A DNA stretch of 64,000 nucleotides from assembly GCF_044704955.1 (NCBI RefSeq), contig NC_092002.1, positions 7,564,001 through 7,628,000 of the forward strand, read 5' to 3'. Source of the DNA: Pristiophorus japonicus. Lineage: Eukaryota. Made by a program: the position numbers and the translations under genes. Shown one piece after another: positions 1-12,900 of this stretch. The notes below the pieces were generated by a model. That model was not told the DNA's origin and ran no database searches. It worked only from the letters and a program-made list of their open reading frames with translations. Each line of letters starts with the position of its first letter. The stretch's first letter is position 1.

Positions 1-403
1 GCTCACACCGCCACCCAGCTTAGTGTCATCTGCAAACTTGGAGATATTACATTCAATTCCTTCGTCCAAGACAGAAGCGCCAAGGAGACATTGCACGCTG
101 GATAACATCACTATGCGGGTTGCGTTAGCCCGCGCAGCGTCAGCTCTTGGCGCCTCTGACAAAGAGCCGACTCAATTTGTGCGCAGGTGTGGACGCCGCT
201 TACCGTCGAAGGTAGGTCTTTGCCACCCGTTAGCCGCCTCCCGCGCGCGGTAATGGGTGGCGGTATAAACTGAACTTCGACCCCTCTGTGTATTCAGCAT
301 TTTGTGTTCTTATTTCAGTCTTCCAGCATTCCCAGCTTTTCGTTTCATCTATATTGAGATAGTTTTAGTGCTGAAAGAGCACGTCACCACCCGCACTCAC
401 CTT

Positions 404-830
404 CAGCCATGGCTCAGTGGATAGCACTCTCGCCTCTTGCGTCCGAAGGACATGGGTTCAAGCCCCACTCCAGAGACTTGAGCACATAATCCAAGCTGAC
501 CCTTCAGTGGAGCACTGAGGGAGTGCCGCACTGATGGAGGTGCCATCTTAAACCGAGGCCCCATCTGCCTGTTCAGGTGGATGTTAAAGATCCCACAAAG
601 AAAAACAGCGGAGATCTCCCGGTGCACTGTCCAAACATTTAGTCCCACATCCAAGCGCAGATTCACTGGTCAGTTAACTCACTGCTGTTTGTGGGACCTT
701 GCTGTGTGCCGTTTGTCTGCCGTGTTTGCATTACGACAGAGACTGCCATTCAAAAGTACTTAATTGGCTGCGAATCACTTTGGGAGGTCCTTATGGACAT
801 ATGAGGTGCTATATCAATGCAAGTTCTCTT
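404..830 (+). mobile_element. tRNA-headed DeuSINE (SacSINE1-like)
   Basis: A box TGGCTCAGTGG, B box GGTTCAAGCCC, Deu-like core (aaaccgaggcccc…aaagatccca), tail aggtgctatat..aatgcaagt; ends next to the MEIOSIN acceptor at 841. Confidence 0.8.
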
Positions 831-841
831 CTCTTTTACAG

Positions 842-947
842 AAGGAGGTTCTGAACCAGGTTTTGCGTTACATTGCATTTCTCAACAGGCACATTAGCAA
901 CACTAAATCCCTGCTGAAGAATCATTATGTGGAGATAGATGAAAGTG
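842..947 (+). CDS. MEIOSIN: MEIOSIN exon, bHLH helix 2 ([35 protein letters not shown])
   Basis: ctcttttacag|AAG acceptor; G|gtgagt donor; phase 0 to 1; bHLH helix-2 pattern K.E.L...L.YI..L. Confidence 0.88.
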
Positions 948-3900
948 GTGAGTGTAATCCATCTTCAACTGAAGCAGCATCTTTATTGCTTAACAAGTCC
1001 CCCGTGAGTTACCCGATCCACATGTGCTGTCTCTGAGCTCCCGGCTTGGTGGACTTAAAGGTCCTATCTTCTTCCAGGCTTCTTCATGCTTTGGGCTGAC
1101 TCCCAACTGCACAGTCACAAATAGGGCAGCAGAGTTCCCTGGTCTAGAGTCCAGCGACTTCCTCGTGATTTTGAGAGCTTGATAGGCAATTAGGAATCGT
1201 CTTTCTTTTATTTGTTCTCTGGATGTGGGCAAGGCCGGCATTTACTGCCCATCCCTAATTTCCCTTGAGAAGCTGGTGGTGGGCCGCCTTCTTGTAACGC
1301 TACTTAAGAGATCTGCAAAGTATATATCCTAACCCAATGTGAAAAATTCCAATTCTGAATTAAGAGATTTGAGCTATCCCATCTTATCGAGCAACAAAAA
1401 ACCCAATCATCCAATTGATATGGTTGGATTTGAACCCGGGTCAAAGTTAAAAGGACAATGCACTTGACTCTTGCACCACTGGAAAGACTAGTTATGTTGT
1501 TTAAAATATAATTGGATGCCACATGGCAGAGTGAATCTGCTAGAGGAATGAGCTTTGATGGGCCAGACATCCTTTTCTCATCTCTGAATTTTCTTATGCT
1601 TTTACAAACATTCTTGTCCAATCCCTCCGTGGCCTCATCCTTACCTCTCTCTATAACCTCCTCCAACCCTACAACCCTCCATGGTCTCTTCGCTTCTCCA
1701 ATTCTGACCTCTTGTGCAGCCCCCAATTTCCATCACTCCGCCATTGGCGGCTATGCCGACAGCTGATATTGCCCTCAGCACTGGAATACCTCCCTCAACC
1801 TCTCCGCCTATCTCTCCTTTTTTAAGACGTTCCTTAAAACTTACCTCCTTGACCAAACTTTTAGTCACCTGTCCTAATATTTCCTTAACTGTCAGCTGTG
1901 ACTCAGTGGGTTGCACACCCGCCTCTGAGTCAGAAGGTTGTGGGTTCAAATTCCACTCAAGGACTAAAGTACAGATGATCTGGTCATTATCACATTGCTG
2001 TTTGTGGGAGCTTGCTGTGCGTAAATTGGTTGCTGCGTTTCCCACATTACAACAGTGACTACACTCCAAAAGTACTTCATTGGTTTTGAGACATCCGGAG
2101 GTCATGAAAGGTGCTATGTAAATATAAGTCTTTTTCTATTTTTCTTATGTGGCTCGGTGTCAAATGTTGTTTGATAACACTCCTGTGAAGTGCCTTCGCA
2201 TGTTTTACTATGTTAATTTTACTACCTTCTACCGACGTAAACTATAGGTGATCCAAAACTCAGCAGCCCGTGTCCTAACTTGCACCGAGTCCCGCTCACT
2301 CATCACCCCCTGTGCTCGCTGACCTACATTGGCTCCCGGTTGAGCAACATCTCGATTTGAAAATTCTCATCCTTGTTTTCAAATCCCTCCATGGCCTCAC
2401 CTCTCCTTATCTCTGTAATCTCCTCCAGCCCCACAACCTCCCGAGATGTCTGCGCTCCTCTAATTCTGCGCTCTTGCGCATCCCTGATTATAACCGCTCC
2501 TTCAGCTGCCTGGGCCCCAAGCTGTGGAATTCCCTCCCTAAACCTCTCCGCCTCTCTTTCCTCCTTCAAGATGCTCCTTAAAACCTACCTCTTTGACAAA
2601 GCTTTTGGTCATCTGCCGTAATTTCTTCTTACTTGGCTCGGTGTCAAATTTATTTGTTTTGTCTTAAAACACTCCTGTGACGTGCCTTGGGATGTTTTAC
2701 TACGTTAAAGGTGCTATATAAATATACGTTGTTGTTGTAATGTACCTTCAACTCAAAAGTGGACAGCCAACCACGTTTTCTTTCCTAGAATATTGCTTAA
2801 ATGGAGAGGAGTCTACAAGCCCGGAGGAAGCGGCGCAGAGTAACACAGAGGAGATAAGCCCTCCCTCCACACCTCCAAGCATCAAGAAGATGAGGCTGAG
2901 GAACATCTGTCCCAAGCCAAGGAAAAAGAAACGGGTAGAAAAAACAGGTAGAGTATTCTGGGCAAGGACTCGGCGAGCTTTCTTTTGTGAACTCTGAGCT
3001 CATCAACGAGCCCCTCCATTGAACATTTTCCCATTTAATCATCCAGTGTCAGCAACAAGCACTCCCAACTGGGATAGCACAGAATAATGCTCCCTCCACA
3101 CAGTCTCATCTAGAACACCCAGGGCAGGTACAGCACGGGGTTAGATACAGAGTAAAACTCCCTCTGCGCTGTCCCATCAAACACTCCCAGGGCAGGTACA
3201 GCTCGAGTTAGATAAAGAATAAAGCTCCCTCTACACTGTCCCATCAAACACTCCCAGGGCAGGTACAGCACGGGGTTAGATATAGAGTAAAGCTCCCTCT
3301 ACACTGTCCCATCAAACACTCCAGGGCAGGTACAGCACAGGGTTAGATAGAGAGTAAAGCTCCCTCTGCACTGTCCCATCAAACACTCCCAGGGCAGGTA
3401 CAGCATGGGATTCGATACAGAGTAAAGCTCCCTGTACACTGTCCCATCACAGACTCCCAGCATGGGTTAGATACAGAGTAAAGCTCCCTCTACACTGTTC
3501 CATCAAACACTCCCAGGGCAGGTACAGTGTAAAGCTCCCTCTGCTCTGCTCCAAAAGTGTGTCTCAGCTGAACCTCAGCAGAGTGCCACCTATTACACCA
3601 GACAATTTTTCTCACTGGTTATTTTGTGGCGTGTCTGTCCAATATAGTTCTGAGTTAGTAGTTTTGCACTGTGGGCCCGTGCCCATTAGGAACTGAGTTG
3701 AGAATGCCCCAAATCCTTTCACCCGCAGCCAAATCCTTTGTCCCCAAATCCCAGAGCTGAACGTCTAGTGTCTTAATAGCAACAACCGTTATATACACCA
3801 TATTGTTTCCTCACAGTTGTATGGAAGGTAATCAGAGGAATGAAAGTAAAACATCTTTGACTGAGGTTTAGTATTAAAATATTGACCAATGTGTTAAAAA

Positions 3901-6900
3901 TTCACAATTTTAAGTTAAAAATGATCAGCCAATCCATAATGTCGACTGTAGACACTTTGTGTTTTGGATTGATGTACACATTGAAGGAGTTGAACATTTT
4001 GCTTCCATGGTACACGCAGAAGCATACATAATATACTTGAGCTATCAGCATAGCTATATGTGCTTAAGTATTCTCGATGATCAGGATATTTTGTTCGGGA
4101 CAGCTGTGGGTTTTGGGGGTAATTTGCCAGCACTGTTCAGTGGGGTGGAATTGGGTTGTGTTGTAACCCAGTTCCCTGACTGGGCATTATGCTGTATATT
4201 TGGCTGAAGGCAATTTTCTGTTAACCAAGTCTTGGGAACGCAAAGCCAAACCGACCTCTGCCTCCACACAAGTGTCAGCTGTGGCTCAGTGGGTAGCACA
4301 CTCGCCTCTGAGTCAGAAGGTCGTGGATCCAAGTCCCACTCCAGGAACTTGATCACATAAATCTAGGCTGACGCTCCCAGTGCAGTGCTGAGGGAACGCT
4401 GCACTGCCAGAGGTGCCGTCTTTCAGATGAGACGTTAAACCGAGGCTCCGTCTGCTCTCTCAGGTGGATGTAAAAGATCCCATGATACTATTTCGAAGAA
4501 GAGCAGGGGAGTTATCCCTCAATATTTATCCCTCAATCAACATCACTAAAACAGATTATCTGGTCATTGTCACATTGCTGTCTGCGGGAGCTTGCTGTAC
4601 GTAAGTCGGCTGGAGTGTTTCCCACATTACAACAGTGACTGCATTCCCAAAGTACTTCATTGGCTGTAAAATGCTTTGAGACATCTGGTGGTCGTGAAAG
4701 GCGCTATATAAATGCAAGTCTTTTCACTCTTCTGTGGGCCTCGGAGAGGCTGGTTCAGAAAGCAGTAAGCTATTCTTGTGCACACAAGCGGCCTCGACTG
4801 AGCCAGTGAAAGAAATGCAATAGTTTTCAGTTTAATTGGTAAGTTTGCTCATTTTTCCTCCTATCACAGAACGGCGACAGGTGCTGAAATCACGCCGCCG
4901 CCTTTACAATGAGCTGGCGCATTACGACTACTCGCGCACCGACAGCCAGCGGGAGGTTAAGCCAGCGTCCTTGGATACTTCGTCCTCCAGCTCCTGTTCA
5001 CAGGACAACACAGTCAGGTCCCAAGGCCGCACTCTGTTCCTTACCTTGCTGGAGGTGGCAGAGTCAAGAGACCTTGGAGGATCCAGCCTCAGCAGCACGG
5101 GTAACTACTTGAAAGAGGGTTTCAGCCCGAATGAGGGAAGCTATGCATTTCCTTTATCTGTTCTTTGAATTAAGATGTTATGGTGACGACCCAGTGTCAG
5201 CTTGGCTCAGTTGGTAGCACACTCATCTCTGAGTCAGAAAGCTGTAGATTGAAGTCCTACTGCAGGACTTGAGCACATAAATGAATATGTAGTGTAGTAC
5301 GCGGGGAGGTGTTGCAATGTCAGCGATGACGTGTTTTCGGATGCGACGTTAAGCCTGGATCCCAACTGCCTGGTTCGTTAGTTCAGGTGGACATTAATGA
5401 TCCCAGTGGCACTATTTGGATACAAGTAGGGAGTACATTCTCCCCTGAACCAACACCACCAAAAGCACATTAATTGGTCGTTCAATCTCAGTGGTGTCTG
5501 TGTGATCTTGCTGCTGCACAAAGCGGCTGCCACATTTGGCCATGTAACGGCGCTCACTTCAATTTGTCGGGCGGAAGCGGCGTGATTGAGGAGTAACTTA
5601 AGTTTCTGTCACTTGGGCAGGGAAGCACGAGACGAACAGTGACCCAAAGTGCTCTCCTGAAAACGATGAGAAAAAGATGAATGGCAGTCACGACTCCAGC
5701 TTGTACGACCCGCCGGTTGGCTCTCCGTATCCAAGGTAACAGACGCAAACCGTGGACTGCATCGGGTATTTTTTCCAGTTGTCCGCTCCGCGTTGAAGGT
5801 GTTGATTCACTTGGTACATTTCAGCCTGCAACAGTAGCCTTCTTGTACCCCCAAACCTCATCCATCACCCCTGTTCTCACTACATTGGCTCCCGGTTCGG
5901 CAACACCTCGCTTGTAAAATTCTCATCCTCGTGTTCAAATCCTTCCGTGGCCTCGCCTGTCTCTATCTCTGTAATGTTCTCCAGCCTCACCGTCCCCCCT
6001 GAGATCTCTGCGCTCCTCCAATTCTGGCCTCTTGAGCATCCCCAATTTTTACCGCTCCACCATTGGCAGCCGTGCCTTCAGCTGCCTCAGCCCTAAGCTC
6101 GGGAATTCCCTCCCTAAACCTCACTGTCTCTACCATCTCTCTCCTCTTTTAAGACGCTCCTTAAAACCTCATCATCATCATAGGCAGTCCCTCGAAATCG
6201 AGGAAGACTTGCTTCCACTCTAAAAGTGAGTTCTCAGGTGACTGAACAGTCCAATAGGGGAATTACAGTCCCTGTCACAGGTGGGACAGACAGTGGTTGA
6301 GGGAAAGGGAAGGTGGGACGGTTTGCCGCACACTCCTTCCGCTGCCTGTGCTTGCTTTCTGCATGCTCTCAGCAACGAGACTCAAGGTGCTCAGCGCCCT
6401 CCCGGATGCACTTCCTCCACTTAGGGCAGTCTTTGGATAGGGACTCCCACGTGCCGGTGGGGATGTTGCATTTTATCAGGGAGGCTTTGAGGGTGTCCTT
6501 GAAACATTTCCTCTGTCCACCTGGGGCTCACTTGCCATGTCGGAGTTCCGAGTAGAGCGCTTGCTTTGGCTTAAAACCTACCTCTTTGACCAAACTTATG
6601 GTCACCTATCCCAATATCTCCTTATGTGGCTCAGTGTCAAATTTTGTTCACTAACACTCCTGTGAAGCGCCTTGGAATGTTTTACTACGTTAAAGGTGCT
6701 ATATAAATGCAAGTTGATGTTATAATTGTCTGCAGGCTATTCCTTCATGGGAGCATTGGAACATTGCGCCCGACCCCGATTCTCTCGTCCCCTGCCACCC
6801 GCACAAACCCAATTGGGGAGCCTCTGTCCCTGCCATGCAAGATCAGTCAATTCAGCTCAGACTGGGGTTTCAAGCTGCCTTCGTCTGGTCTGTATTGGTC

Positions 6901-9900
6901 ACGCTGCTCCAGGGTCACTCGCCGCTCCTTTTATGGCTCCGACCTGCCGCTGATGGTGTCTCGCAGGCCCGCGAGAGGCCATCAGCGGCAGATTGGGGCC
7001 ATAAAAGGAGTGACGAGAGGCCCCTGGAGCAGCGTGGCGGCGTACCACTGCAAGGTACAGCGCGAGCTGGTGCAGGAGGGCGATGGCAGCGACAAGGGAC
7101 GTCATCAAGGTCCAGGTCGGTGATTGGCGTGTGGGCAGGTACAGCAGGTGCGGCGAGGTCGGGGAGAAGGAACGGCGAGAGATTGTAGAGGGACGTGATC
7201 GGGGCCCAGGAGAGGCGTGAGTTCAGGGCCAGAAGAGGAAAGGACCCAGGGGCAGCACGGGCCAGCCCACACTGTGATATGTGTGCGCAATAGGTCCATG
7301 CAGCAGAGCTGGTCTCCAGTTGTCTTGATTAACCCTTGCTACTGGACCAAGACCTAGCTCTGTCAAGCCCGTGTGGTGGCTGGTGTGCGACGGCCACCCC
7401 ACGTTAAAAAAATCCACGTGCAGGCATCTTCCAACCTTCAACATGTAGTTCGGGACCTGGAATATTAGCTCCTTCATTGAAACACCTGTGAACTCATCCT
7501 TTTTTGGCGGGGACGCAAGTCATCTTTGCTTCGAGGGACTGCCATTGGGGCGGATTTTCAGATCTTCAGTGCTGCATTTTTCTCCCCGGAGTGGCAGCAT
7601 TGGTGATGGTGAGGCTTTCTGGCCGGGCAGTCTGCCTCTAGCGCCCCGCAACGATCCTCGGGTCGGGTTTTGCGGCTGTGCAGAGCAGTACCGCCCGGAA
7701 AAGCTGTGTGCAATGCCCTTGGTTGCGACACCGGTGCAAGTTTTGACTTCAGCCCGACCCGTCGCCCCGCAACGCAGCCCGCAGTAACCACCTGGGAAAT
7801 CAGGCAGTCCAACAATACCGACTGCAGAGAGGTAAGTGATGGACTCCTAAGGTAAGTGTGCTTCTTTGTTCTTTTAATTTTCTTTTGCGATATGTGTTGT
7901 GGTGGTGTGGGCAATGTTTTAGGAATGTTTTTTTGTGGGGTATTTTACGGTTTTTGTTTACTCCTCAGGCGTATCTCGGAGCTCCATGCCCGGATCTTTG
8001 GCTCGGGATTTTCCCGGTGTACAACGCCTCCCTTAGCGCTCCGCCCCACTCAGGTCCCAATTTTACTTACTGAGGCGCAATCTGTTCCCGGGCGCAAACT
8101 TTACCGCCCGCCACCATTACTGCCCCGAAATCAACAAAGCCGAAAATCCAGCCCATTTAATGTGTTTACTCGCTGAGCCGTCAATGCGACCAAACATCGT
8201 GACAACAGGAAGCAAGGCTTGCGGGCCAGGAGTTGCGCTCCCAACCCAGGGTTTATAGTAACGTGTACAGATGCGTGAGTGAAGAAGACATATGAAACCA
8301 GGGGAAAGCTGCAAAATTTACGCTCTTGGTAATTGTACCGTCTCGCTCGTTCTTTTCTCGCACAGTCTGAAAGATCAAAAGCTGGTTCACTACCTCTCGT
8401 CCCACGACGAAGACGATGATATCGACCGGAGTCCCTGGCTTCCACAGGAGTTGTTTCGAGGTGTGACATTTTCTTTCTATACTGCTTCTTTGCCCTCCCC
8501 AAAAAATGCACTGTTTATGTAAGCAAATTAGAAAATATTACTGTTCTGACAAGTGGATCTTAGGCTCCACTGGTCATAAGAACATAAGAAATAGGAGCAG
8601 TAGTGTGCCAGCTTGGTTAAGTGAATAACTAGGATAAATGATTCTGTGTTAGTTTGGATAAGTGACTAATTTACTGGTTTTCAAATCCCTCCATGGCCTC
8701 AACCCCTCAGTATCTCTGTAACCTTCTCCAGCCCTACAATCCTCTGAGATCTCTGCTTTCCTCCAGTTCTGGCCTCTTGTGCATCCCCGATTTTTATCGC
8801 TGCTGGATGTGTCTTGGCTCCACTGGTCATAAGAACATAAGAAATAGGAGCAGTAGTAGGCCATATGGCCCCTCGAGCCTGCTCCGCCAATCAATAAGAT
8901 CATGGCTGATCTGATCTTGGCCTCAATTCCACTTTCCTGCCTGTTCCCCATAACCCCTATCGTTCAAAAATATCTCTATCTCAGCCTTTAATATATTCAA
9001 TGACTCAGTCTCATGGGGTAGAGAGTTTCAAAGATTCACAATCCTCCGAGAGAAAAAATTCCTCCTCATCCCCGTCTTAAATGGGCGACCCCTTATTCTG
9101 AAATAAGAGCCCCCTAGCCCCCTAGTTCTAGATTCCCCCACGAGGAGAAACATCCTCTCAGCATCAACCCAGTCAAGCCCCCTCAGAATCTTATACATTT
9201 CAATAAGATCACCTGTCATTCTTCTAAACTCCAATGAGTATAGACTCAACCTTCCCTCATAAGACAACCCCTTCATCTCAGGAATCAACCGAGTGAAACT
9301 TTTCTGAACTGCCTCCAATGCAAGTATATCCCTCCTTAAATAAGTAGACGAAAACTGTACGCAGTACTCCAGGTGAGGTCCCATCAACTGTGTCATACTG
9401 TATTCAGCAATATTAATTTAGCACAAAAACAGAGTGTGGTGAGACCTCATTCTCACAGTCACCCATGCCTCTCTCCCACAGCACCTCCTAGCATTCTGTT
9501 ATAGAGCAGACACCTGGGAGCAGGTCACTTGCTGAAATTTTGGTTGAGAACTGAGTGTAATTCGCGTGTGTTTATACTGCTAGCACAGCTGGTGTGAGCC
9601 TGCACCCTACCTACTAACGGTGAAAATGAATATTCTGCTGAAGCAGGGACAGGTGGCAGATGAAATTTAATCCTAACAGATGCAAAGTGTTGCTCAACGG
9701 ATGGAATAATGTGCGACATACGTACACAATGAACGGAATAGAATTAGTGCAAGGTGACTCAGAAAGGGACCTGTGATAGACTACTGTTCGGAACTTGTTG
9801 CATATCTGTGAAGCTTGTTGGGACATTTAAAGAAAAGAAAGACTTGCATTTATGTAGTGCCTTTCATGACCACCGGACGTCCCAACATGCTTTACAGCCA

Positions 9901-12900
9901 ATGAAATACTTTTTCAAGTGTAGTCACTGTTGTAATGTAGGAAATATGGCAATCAATTTGCACACAGCAAGCTCCCATAAACATCAATGTGATAATGACC
10001 AGATAATCTGTTTGTGATGTTGATTGAGGGATAAATATTGGCCCCAGGACATCAGATATAACTCCCCTGCTCTTCTTCGAAATAGTGCCATGTGATCTTT
10101 TATGTCCACTTGTGGGTTTAACGTCCCATCCGAAAGACAGCACTTCTGACAGTGCAGTGCTCCCTCAGTACTTCACTGGGAGTGTCAGCCTAGATGTATG
10201 TGCTCATGGGCTAGAACCTCCACTTTTTTTGCATGGTTAATGCCCACTTAATGCCCGTTTTACCGCTGAAATTATGTATAACGTCCATATAGCGCCCATT
10301 TTGGCACAAAATAGAAACTGACGGGCTTTTGTAGGAGACTTATCGCCGAGCGTTACTTTCCCCTTGTGCTTAACGCCGGGAAAAAATATTACTGCCTGCC
10401 CACCTTTTTTGAGCGGAATCAGCAGAATGAGAGAAATCAACGCCCATAATATTGCCCAGCGTTACTTTTCCACACGGAATTAACACAGAGATTCAATATA
10501 AACGCCTGCCCACTGTTTTTTGTCATATTTACCCAAACTAACGGCCATGGAGATCGACCATCATCAATTTCACCACCTCGCACACATATCGCAGAGAATA
10601 TCGCTCGCCCAAAAAAACTACCCACAAAAAGTGGAACTAACCGGAACGAACGCCAGCGGTGTGGCTGGTATTTGTTAAATCCCACTCTTACATGAGGAGC
10701 TGATATCTGAAAGATTTGCCTGAAAGAGCGCTGATGTGAGTGACAACGCTGACACACTGTTGTGTGTGTGCAGGTCAGACATCAATGGTGCCCATCACCT
10801 TGGTGCCAGTTAAAGTTTACGTTGATTGATGCTAAGTTGTATTTAACCCTTTCATGCTAAGGAATCACCAGTATGTAACGGTCCAGCTATCTGAGACAAT
10901 GTACAACAAAGTTATGGTCAATGACAAAAGTTTAATACCAACATTGGTCTGAAATCATAAGTATCACAGCCAATAACACCCAACCCCTGCCCACACCCCA
11001 CTTTTTCCACCATTGTCATAAATCACATGTTCAATATGTCCAGCAACACAGAATACAAAGGCAAAGCAGGAGCGTGGTCCCCAGCCCCCATACATTGCAA
11101 CAAATTGCATACACCTAGATGGAAATATAACACAGCCATCACCTGTGCACAAGCACCTCACTTTCCTTCCCCGCTCTCCTCCCCACCTCCTACCCCTTCC
11201 CCTTCTCACTCCACAGCGCCTGGCCAAGGAGCTCCTCAGGCGATACCTCATTGGGGGGGAGAATGAAGGCAGATGCGGTCGTTGCACGGGTATGGGAGCA
11301 GGGGGTGCCGAGGGGGCAACATTTTCTGATGCAGAAGCAGGATCTTGGTCCTTGCTCTCATCTGTTGTTTGCAGTGGTGGTGCGGAATCTAGGGATGGAG
11401 TGCTGCGCTCGGGGACCACTGCAGCAGTGTTCCTGGCTATCACATCCAGGGACTCCGCCATGCGCGGAATGTAGTTTGTCATGGTGGCCAGCTGTCGGGA
11501 TATGCCCCCCAATGCTTCGATGAGTTGGTCACCAATGTTTACAGTCCTCCTGGACAACTGTACCATCTCTCCGCTGTCATGTCGCGCTCATGGAACACAC
11601 CTGCCGTGTCCACGAGGCCTCCGCGTGGTCGGTGCCGATCTGGGGTCAAATGGGATGCCCTGTGGCGAGGTGCTTGGGGCTGGTACCTCCAGAGTGGAGG
11701 CGGGCATGACTGGAGGACCACTAGATGGCCTTGGGGTGGAATGGCTTCTGGAGCGTGGCGATGCAGGTTCTTCGAAGTCCACGCTCTCATCCGTCGAGAA
11801 CAGACCCAGCGGATTGACGGGCGAGAATCGGAGCTCCTCAGCATCAGATGTAGTAGGATCATCCACCGACTCCTGCCCTGCGCCCCACCTTCTGGCCTCT
11901 GTGGCCTTGCCTGGGGCCGCGCTGCTGGCTGAGCTGCAAAACACAAATGAGGTTATTAGTGGAGAAGGGGGTGCTAGAGTGACAAGGTGAGTCCAGCGCT
12001 ACACACACCATATGCACTACAAAAGCACCACCGCTATCAAAATTATTGCAGACATCACATTTCATGACCAACACGTTGTGCATTGCAATGATTTTCATTA
12101 GGCCAGCATTATTTCTATGACACTTTTAGAAATTATCTATCATATATAATTGTTCGGATATGCGTGGGTTTGGCATCTATGGACTTTACATGACGGAATG
12201 GTGTAAGCTTTACTCACGTGGCATCACTTCAGGGTCTGCAGATGCGTCCGTGGCTGTCCGGGGATGCTTCCCATAGCCGAACAATTATATATGATAAATA
12301 ATTTCTAAAAGTGTCATGGAAATAATGCTGGCCTAATGAAAATCATTGCAATGCACAATGTGTTGATGGTCATGAAATGTGATGTTTGCGATGATTTTGA
12401 TAGCGGTGGTGCTTTTGTCGTGCATATGCTGTGTGTAGCACTCGTTCCTTCATCTCTGTAATGTCGTTGGAGACTGGTGGCCCCCCACCCGTTCACCTCT
12501 GCACAGACCTCATCGTCGATAGCTTCTTCTGTAAAAGGTGATTGGACGACATGGCATAAGATCATTGCATGATATCATTGCTAGATACTGTCACAGACAC
12601 TGATACAATACATAACTGACAGATGTAATCATGATTATTATGATTATTATCATTCTTTACCTAAAGACGTACACCGTGACCGCAGGCTTTGAGTAAAACC
12701 TTCCCGGTAAAAGTGGAAGACCTCACATCTGCTGATAGTCACTCATGACTATTAAAAATCAAATTATATAAATACATAAGTACATGTAAATCAATGTAAT
12801 ACTTACTCTTGCCGGTCCCACAAGGTCGTTCCATCATTTGCGGCATTGGTTTCCCTCAAGCACCTCGTTGGTCGCTGACGAGACCACCTCTGGTAGGCCT

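Noticed and set aside
404-470. tRNA-like A/B boxes here and at 4273, 5195, 18570, 62490 and elsewhere
   Set aside because: These are SINE heads that run into the Deu-like core; there is no complete cloverleaf.
3085-3545. CRISPR-like regular repeats
   Set aside because: Head-to-tail units with no unique spacers, in eukaryotic DNA with no cas genes.
10964-11566. 200-aa ORF as a host gene
   Set aside because: Lies inside the TIR-bounded Harbinger-type element.
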